A stretch of DNA of 64,000 nt from Dehalococcoidia bacterium (GTDB taxonomy: Bacteria > Chloroflexota > Dehalococcoidia > SZUA-161 > SpSt-899), in NCBI GenBank assembly GCA_048539495.1, contig JBLYPS010000003.1, positions 31,486 to 95,485 on the forward strand, read 5' to 3'. Shown piece by piece: positions 58,939-64,000 of this stretch (position 1 is the stretch's first letter; each line of letters opens with the position of its first letter). Under the pieces are notes generated by a model. It was not told the origin of the DNA. It made no database searches and saw nothing but the letters and a program-made list of their open reading frames with translations. Both the position numbers and the translations under genes were made by a program.

Positions 58939-59040
58939 GGTGGTAACGATGAATTTCTTTCTGTCATTGCGAGCGAAGCGAAGCAATCTCGGTGGCAGGG
59001 AGGAGATTGCTTCGTCGCCTTCGGCTCCTCGCAATGACAT
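58921..59040. mobile_element. Partial copy of the MITE-like element (family A hairpin plus one terminal inverted repeat)
   Basis: 'cttgacattgtcag' matches the left terminal repeat of the 3838-4101 element. The hairpin pairs 'gtcattgcgagcgaagcgaagcaatctc' with 'gattgcttcgtcgccttcggctcctcgcaatgac'. It supplies the rpsE stop codon. Confidence 0.55.
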
Positions 59041-59060
59041 GGGAATGGGGCAAGAGAAGA

Positions 59061-59264
59061 ATGGAGATATCTAAACTGCGCATTACCTGGAAGAGGAGCG
59101 CTATCGGTTATCCCAGCAATCAAAGGAGGGTGGTCAAGGCCCTAGGATTTCGCTTGTTGAACGACGTAGTTGAGCATAATGATTCGGCACAAATTCGCGG
59201 CATGATCAGGAAGATCCGGCATCTGGTCGAGGTGGAAGAAATCGGACGGGAAGGTGAGGCTTGA
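59061..59264 (+). CDS. rpmD: 50S ribosomal protein L30
   Basis: 'LRITWKRSAIGYPSNQRRVVKALGFRLLND' matches L30. The start is at the ATG at 59061, immediately after the hairpin. Confidence 0.9.
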   Translation: MEISKLRITWKRSAIGYPSNQRRVVKALGFRLLNDVVEHNDSAQIRGMIRKIRHLVEVEEIGREGEA

Positions 59265-59707
59265 AACAGAACGAGTTGCGTCCCGCGGCAGGGTCCAAAC
59301 ATAAACGGAAGAGGGTGGGCCGTGGCCCCGGCAGCGGCCACGGCACCTATTCCTGCCGTGGCATCAAGGGACAGAAGTCTCGATCTGGGGGCGGGGTTCG
59401 CCCACTCTTTGAAGGGGGACAGAATCCCCTGGCTAAGCGATTGCCCTACAAGAGAGGTTTTACCAATATCTTCCGTACGGAATATGCCATCGTTAATGTA
59501 GAGCGATTAAATGTCTTTCCTGAGGGTGCGGAGGTAACCCCACAGGAGCTGGTATCCGCCGGGATCCTCAAAGGGCTCAGTGACCCAATCAAGATTCTGG
59601 GGCAGGGTGAGCTCACTCACCAGTTAGTGGTCAAGGCCAACAAGTTCTCACAGGCGGCTAAGAATAAGATAGAGGGTGCTGGGGGAAGAGTGGAGGTGAT
59701 CACCTGA
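59261..59707 (+). CDS. rplO: 50S ribosomal protein L15
   Basis: 'KRVGRGPGSGHGTYSCRGIKGQKSRSGGG' matches L15. Confidence 0.95.
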   Translation: MKQNELRPAAGSKHKRKRVGRGPGSGHGTYSCRGIKGQKSRSGGGVRPLFEGGQNPLAKRLPYKRGFTNIFRTEYAIVNVERLNVFPEGAEVTPQELVSAGILKGLSDPIKILGQGELTHQLVVKANKFSQAAKNKIEGAGGRVEVIT

Positions 59708-59733
59708 TGCAACGTTCAGGAGGAGGGGGCGGG

Positions 59734-61056
59734 ATGCCCAAATTACTGCAGGCCGTGATGGACTCCCTCCGTCACCCCGAATTGAGGCGGAAGCTACTTT
59801 TCACCTTCGGCATTCTGGTGATTTTTCGCTTTATGGCCCATATTCCGCTGCCGGGGGTGGATGCAGTGGCACTCCGTAAGCTTTTCGATGCGGGGGATAT
59901 GCCACTCTTAGGTATGCTCGACCTCTTCACAGGGGGGGCATTACGGAACTTCAGCATAGTCGCCGTGGGGATTTTCCCCTACATAACTGCCTCGATCATA
60001 ATGCAGCTTCTGGTGCCGGTGATTCCCCAACTTCAGGCGCTGTCTAAAGAAGGAGAGGGCGGGAAAAACAAACTGAAGCAGTATACTCTCTGGCTGACTG
60101 TCCCCCTGGCTATGCTTTCGGGGTATGGGCAATTGGTCCTCTTCAGTCGGCCCCTGGTGGCGGGGATAGAGCCTGCCATCAGAGACGTCGGCTTCCAACT
60201 CCCCACGATATCAATGGTGCTTTCTCTCACGGCGGGCACGATGCTGCTCGTATGGCTCGGGGAACGCATCACCGAGAGCGGCATCGGTAATGGCATCTCG
60301 ATAATCATTTTCGGCGGGATCGTGGCCGGGATGCCCGAGCAAATGATGCTCACACACGAGGTTGCTCGGATCGGCGGCCTGCTGAGCCTGATTATATTGA
60401 TGGTTGTCATTGCCCTGTTGATAGTGTTTGTGACTGAGGCCAGCCGGCGCGTTCCGGTTCAGTATTCACGAAGCACCTTCCGTGGCGGAAGGGTTTATCG
60501 TCAGAGCGGGGGGACGCACATTCCCCTTAAGGTAAACTCCACCGGCATGATCCCCATCATCTTTGCTTTCGCCATAATAATGTTTCCCCCAACGATAGCC
60601 AGCTACTTTGCTAATCCCGTGGGGCAAGATCCCAACCTTGCTAATTGGATTCAAGATGCCTTCAACCCCGCAGGAGACTATTGGTGGGCTTACTATGGAT
60701 TTCTTTTCCTCCTTGTCGTTGGCTTTACCTTCTTCTACACGATAGTTACCTTCGAGCAGCAGAATATCCCCGAGACTTTACAGAAACAAGGGGGTTTTAT
60801 TCCGGGTATTCGCCCCGGGAGGTCAACGGCAGAGTACGTTAATGGAGTTCTTATGCGAATAACCTGGGGCGGGGCGATATTTCTGGGGTTCATAGCGATC
60901 TCGCCGGTGGTTGCCCAGTGGGCTGCCGGTGTCGACGTCCCCGTTATGATTATCGGGGGGGTGGGATTGCTCATTGCGGTCGGGGTGATTCTCGATACCA
61001 TGAGGCAAATGGAGGCGCAGCTCCTGATGCGTCATTACGAAGGATTCATTAAGTGA
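59734..61056 (+). CDS. secY: Preprotein translocase subunit SecY
   Basis: A 10-transmembrane SecY profile is present. The start is probably MPKLLQAV, preceded by an AGGAGG site. The ORF in the track extends to 59707. Confidence 0.9.
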   Translation: MPKLLQAVMDSLRHPELRRKLLFTFGILVIFRFMAHIPLPGVDAVALRKLFDAGDMPLLGMLDLFTGGALRNFSIVAVGIFPYITASIIMQLLVPVIPQLQALSKEGEGGKNKLKQYTLWLTVPLAMLSGYGQLVLFSRPLVAGIEPAIRDVGFQLPTISMVLSLTAGTMLLVWLGERITESGIGNGISIIIFGGIVAGMPEQMMLTHEVARIGGLLSLIILMVVIALLIVFVTEASRRVPVQYSRSTFRGGRVYRQSGGTHIPLKVNSTGMIPIIFAFAIIMFPPTIASYFANPVGQDPNLANWIQDAFNPAGDYWWAYYGFLFLLVVGFTFFYTIVTFEQQNIPETLQKQGGFIPGIRPGRSTAEYVNGVLMRITWGGAIFLGFIAISPVVAQWAAGVDVPVMIIGGVGLLIAVGVILDTMRQMEAQLLMRHYEGFIK

Positions 61057-61127
61057 ACGGGTTCAAGGCTCAGAGTTCAAGGTTCAAGGTTGAACCGTGA
61101 ACCGTGAACCGTAAACCGTGAACCGCA
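61054..61127. repeat. Family D palindromic repeat ((GGTTCAA)n / (TGAACCG)n)
   Basis: The sequence is 'tgaacgggttcaaggctcagagttcaaggttcaaggttgaaccgtgaaccgtgaaccgtaaaccgtgaaccg'. The secY TGA stop is its first unit. Confidence 0.6.
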
Positions 61128-61151
61128 ATAATTATTATGGAGGCTGAATAA

Positions 61152-61802
61152 ATGAACATCATTCTTCTTGGTGCCCCCGGGGCAGGCAAGGGAACTCAAG
61201 CAGAGATAATCTCTAAAGGCTTGGGGCTGGCTCATATCGCATCCGGTGATCTTTTTCGACAGGCACAGAACAGTGGAACGGAGCTGGGGAATATCGCCAG
61301 GTCTTATATGGAGAGAGGCCTCCTGGTTCCCGATGAGGTGACGGTTAAAATGGTTCTGGAACGTATCGCCGCACCCGATTGTGGCCAAGGTTTCATTCTG
61401 GATGGCTTCCCTAGAACCCTGCAGCAGGCTGAGGCGCTGGAGGCAGCCTTGAGAGCGGAGAATAAGGGCATAGACAGAGTGCTTTACGTCAAGGTGTCGA
61501 GGGAGGAGCTGGTCCGGCGACTCTCCGGACGCTGGATTTGCCGCGATTGCCAGGCGCCGTATCATGCAATCGCTAAGCCCCCGAAAGTGGCGGGCAAGTG
61601 CGACCACTGCGGAGGAGAGCTTTACCAGCGTCCTGACGACGCCGAGGAGACCGTACAAAAACGCATAGAGGTCTATCTCTCTCAGACCGCTCCCCTGATC
61701 GGCTATTATGCTGAGAAGGGGAAGCTCCTGGAGGTAGAGGGTGCTCAGAGTGTGGAGAGGGTGAGCCAGGAGGTACTCGCTGCCCTCAGTATGCAGCGTT
61801 AG
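61152..61802 (+). CDS. adk: Adenylate kinase (with a Cys4 LID zinc motif)
   Basis: 'ILLGAPGAGKGTQA' and 'CRDCQAPYH...CDHCGG' motifs are present. Confidence 0.95.
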   Translation: MNIILLGAPGAGKGTQAEIISKGLGLAHIASGDLFRQAQNSGTELGNIARSYMERGLLVPDEVTVKMVLERIAAPDCGQGFILDGFPRTLQQAEALEAALRAENKGIDRVLYVKVSREELVRRLSGRWICRDCQAPYHAIAKPPKVAGKCDHCGGELYQRPDDAEETVQKRIEVYLSQTAPLIGYYAEKGKLLEVEGAQSVERVSQEVLAALSMQR

Positions 61803-61889
61803 GAATTTAGGCTTTAGCCTTTCACTGAGCCGAGTGAAACCCTGAAGGGTTAATTCCAGAGCATAAAGCTGAAGTAGCCCCGACTAACA

Positions 61890-62636
61890 ATGGGTATCAT
61901 AATTAAGTCGCCAAACGAAATAAATATAATGCGCCAGGCAGGACGGATCGTAGCAACTATTCTCGCTGCCTTGAAAAGCGAGGTGAGGTCGGGCATAAGC
62001 ACCGGGATGCTGGATGCTATTGCCACACGGATGTTTCAAGAGTACGGGGCACGGGCGTCGTTCAATGGGTACCGAGGTTTTCCGGCCTCTATCTGCACAT
62101 CAGTGAACGAAGAGGTGGTTCATGGCCGGCCGGGGGGGAGAGTCCTTCAAGAAGGCGATCTGATTGCCATCGATGTGGGAGCGATATATAATGGTTTTCA
62201 GGGAGATGCGGCGATAACCGTGGGAGTGGGCCAGATAAGCCCCGAGGCGGAAAGTCTCATTGATACCACTCGCCGGTCTCTGGAAGCGGGTATCGCGGCA
62301 GCCCGCGAAGGGGCTCGTCTGAGCGACATTTCAGCGGCGATCCAGTTATGTGCCGAGTCCAATGGTTTCTCGCCGGTAAGACAATATGTGGGGCACGGGA
62401 TCGGTCGACAGATGCACGAAAAACCGGAGATTCCCAATTTCGGGCCGCCAGGCAAAGGGCCGATATTGAAACGAGGCATGACTCTGGCCCTGGAACCAAT
62501 GATCAACGCCGGCGGCTGGGCCACCAAGGTGCTCCCCGATCGCTGGACGGTGGTCACGGCCGATGGCAGCCTTTCGGCACATTTCGAGCATACCATCGCT
62601 ATCACCAATGGTGCAGCGGAGATACTGACTGTGTGA
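61890..62636 (+). CDS. map: Methionine aminopeptidase type I
   Basis: 'CTSVNEEVVHG' and 'DIGAIYNGFQGD' match metal-binding motifs of the enzyme. Confidence 0.9.
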   Translation: MGIIIKSPNEINIMRQAGRIVATILAALKSEVRSGISTGMLDAIATRMFQEYGARASFNGYRGFPASICTSVNEEVVHGRPGGRVLQEGDLIAIDVGAIYNGFQGDAAITVGVGQISPEAESLIDTTRRSLEAGIAAAREGARLSDISAAIQLCAESNGFSPVRQYVGHGIGRQMHEKPEIPNFGPPGKGPILKRGMTLALEPMINAGGWATKVLPDRWTVVTADGSLSAHFEHTIAITNGAAEILTV

Positions 62637-62716
62637 TGGGTGATGGGTAATAGGTAATGGGTGATGGGGGTTACGGGGTGCCCCTATAACCTATAACCTA
62701 TGACCTATAACAAGGA
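62634..62716. repeat. Family C palindromic repeat
   Basis: The sequence is 'tgatgggtgatgggtaataggtaatgggtgatgggggttacggggtgcccctataacctataacctatgacctataacaagg'. The map TGA stop is its first unit. Confidence 0.6.
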
Positions 62717-62719
62717 TTT

Positions 62720-62938
62720 ATGGCGAAAAAGGAAGCTATTGAGGTTGAGGGCACGGTGGTCGAACCCTTGCCCAATGGCATGTTCCGCGTGGAGTTGCCC
62801 AACGGGCACCTGGTATTAGCCCATGCATCGGGGAAAATGAGGCGCTATTTCATCAAGGTCGTGCGGGGGGATCGGGTTTTGGTGGAACTCTCGCCTTACG
62901 ATCTCTCACGAGGACGCATTACCTACCGTTTTAAGTAA
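62720..62938 (+). CDS. infA: Translation initiation factor IF-1
   Basis: '[21 protein letters not shown]' matches the S1-like IF-1 fold. Confidence 0.95.
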   Translation: MAKKEAIEVEGTVVEPLPNGMFRVELPNGHLVLAHASGKMRRYFIKVVRGDRVLVELSPYDLSRGRITYRFK

Positions 62939-62942
62939 CAGA

Positions 62943-63017
62943 GGATAGCCACAGAGATCACGAATCAGAAGTAGGCAATCTTTAAGGAGTCGCTCTGTGT
63001 GCTCTGTGGCTGAATAA
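62943..63017. repeat. Family E hairpin, second copy (upstream of rpmJ)
   Basis: The sequence is 'ggatagccacagagatcacgaatcagaagtaggcaatctttaaggagtcgctctgtgtgctctgtggctgaataa'. Confidence 0.6.
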
Positions 63018-63022
63018 ATGAA

Positions 63023-63136
63023 ATGAAAGTCCGAGCTTCGGTTAAGCCCCGCTGTAACAAATGCAAGATTGTGAAACGTAAGGGCGTGGTGCGGGTTATT
63101 TGCTCTAATCCCAGGCATAAGCAGAGCCAAGGATGA
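63023..63136 (+). CDS. rpmJ: 50S ribosomal protein L36
   Basis: It encodes [37 protein letters not shown] (37 aa). It is not in the ORF track because it is under 60 aa. Confidence 0.9.
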   Translation: MKVRASVKPRCNKCKIVKRKGVVRVICSNPRHKQSQG

Positions 63137-63235
63137 TAGGTGATAGGTGATAGGTGATGGGTGATGGGTGATGGGGGTTACGCCGTACCCCTATTACCTA
63201 TTACCTATGACTTCTGGGGTAATGGGTAAAAGGAG
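63134..63235. repeat. Family C palindromic repeat ((GGTGATA)n/(GGTGATG)n ... GGGGTTACGCCGTACCCC ... (CTATTACC)n)
   Basis: The sequence is 'tgataggtgataggtgataggtgatgggtgatgggtgatgggggttacgccgtacccctattacctattacctatgac'. The rpmJ TGA stop is its first unit. Confidence 0.6.
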
Positions 63236-63240
63236 TAGAA

Positions 63241-63630
63241 ATGGCACGTATTGCAGGCGTTGACATTCCAGCGAACAAACAAGTCGAGATATCCCTTCGC
63301 TATATCTATGGAATTGGGCCTACGTTGAGCAAGAGGATACTAACCCAGACCGGCATTAATGCCAGCACCAGGGTTAGAGACCTTAGCGACGAGGAACTCA
63401 ATCGCCTCCGTGAAGTCATCAATAAACAATACAAGGTCGAGGGTGACTTAAGGAAAGAAGTCACCTTCAATATCAAGCGCTTCATTGAAATGGGGAGTTA
63501 CCGGGGGTTAAGACACCGGAGAGGACTTCCCGTTCGTGGTCAGAGGACCAAGACCAATGCTCGAACCAAGCGCGGGCCGGCCAAGACCGTGGCTGGCAGA
63601 GGTCGGCGACGGGGCATGACGAAGAAATAA
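63241..63630 (+). CDS. rpsM: 30S ribosomal protein S13
   Basis: '[18 protein letters not shown]' matches S13. Confidence 0.95.
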   Translation: MARIAGVDIPANKQVEISLRYIYGIGPTLSKRILTQTGINASTRVRDLSDEELNRLREVINKQYKVEGDLRKEVTFNIKRFIEMGSYRGLRHRRGLPVRGQRTKTNARTKRGPAKTVAGRGRRRGMTKK

Positions 63631-63700
63631 GGAGGTGATTGGTGATTAGTGATTGGTGATTGGGGTTACGAGGCTCTAATTACCAATCACTAATTACCTT
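63631..63700. repeat. Family C-like palindromic repeat ((GGTGATT)n ... (TAATTACC)n)
   Basis: The sequence is 'aggaggtgattggtgattagtgattggtgattggggttacgaggctctaattaccaatcactaattacc'. Confidence 0.55.
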
Positions 63701-63706
63701 GTAACG

Positions 63707-64000
63707 ATGGCAGTAAAAAAGAAGAGCGCAGGGATCAGAAAACGTGAGCGCAAGGGGGTAGTGAAAGGTCGCGCTTACATACAGTCAACCTTCAACAATA
63801 CCATGATCACCCTGACTGATGAGAGCGGAAATGTAATCACCTGGGGCAGCTCGGGCACCGTTGGATTTAAGGGATCACGCAAAGGAACCGCCTTCGCCGC
63901 GCAAAGAGCTGCCACCGAGGTGGCACGGCGAGGGATAGAGCACGGTTTACGCCAGATTGACGTGTACTTAAAGGGTCCCGGTAGCGGGCGTGAGGCTGCT
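63707..64000 (+). CDS. rpsK: 30S ribosomal protein S11 (partial, continues beyond the window)
   Basis: '[28 protein letters not shown]' matches S11. Confidence 0.9.
   Translation, partial: MAVKKKSAGIRKRERKGVVKGRAYIQSTFNNTMITLTDESGNVITWGSSGTVGFKGSRKGTAFAAQRAATEVARRGIEHGLRQIDVYLKGPGSGREAA

Noticed and set aside
59707-59733. N-terminal extension of SecY (MQRSGGGGGM...)
   Set aside because: The G-rich segment is an AGGAGGAGGGGG ribosome-binding region. Conserved SecY begins at MPKLLQAV (59734).
50438-63700. A possible CRISPR array, suggested by the many short tandem repeats
   Set aside because: The units are 6-8 nt, contiguous and without spacers, and they form palindromic arms. There is no ~30-nt repeat/spacer periodicity and there are no cas genes.

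Overview
This 64-kb window looks like a bacterial chromosomal segment of moderate-to-high GC. The gene content loosely suggests a Chloroflexota/Dehalococcoidia-like organism, but I cannot confirm that without a database search. The window contains several blocks.

(1) Housekeeping genes. These are leuS, fabF, folC, argF, an acyl-CoA carboxylase carboxyltransferase, tyrS, ribF, serS, lysS, greA, polA and mutL.

(2) A low-GC island at about 16.0-21.9 kb. It carries a Type III restriction-modification operon (res helicase-nuclease and a beta-class mod methyltransferase) with four unexplained small ORFs between mod and res. An HNH gene driven by a consensus sigma70 promoter sits upstream.

(3) A roughly 16-kb block at 28.55-44.89 kb bounded by two ~200-bp direct repeats. 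It contains gene remnants and toxin-antitoxin-like pairs (DUF433/DUF5615, a DUF4258-DUF2283 fusion, AbiEi/AbiEii). It also holds a HAD phosphatase, a 3'-truncated mnmE, a lower-ligand cobalamin salvage cluster (cobU, truncated cobQ, cobC, cobS, cobT), two tRNA-Ser genes, an MFS transporter and a Lon-like AAA+ protease.

(4) The str/S10/spc/alpha ribosomal-protein region runs from rpsL to a partial rpsK. It lacks tuf between fusA and rpsJ, and it includes secY, adk, map, infA and rpmJ.

The most striking feature is a pervasive set of short palindromic elements whose arms are tandem 6-8-nt units, for example GGTTCAA/TGAACCG, GGGTAAT/CTATAACC, GGCTGAAGG/CCTTCAGCC and GAGTCGA/GACTCCA. They often surround a GGGGAGGGGG-type core. 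They sit in nearly every intergenic gap of the ribosomal operon, where they frequently supply the stop codon or the last residues of a gene. They also sit in-frame inside essential genes (polA three times, leuS, lysS, the rpsE tail, the mnmE junction). In addition there is a ~264-bp MITE-like element with 14-bp terminal inverted repeats and double-hairpin REP-like elements. All calls come from reading the sequence and ORF translations. I ran no database searches.
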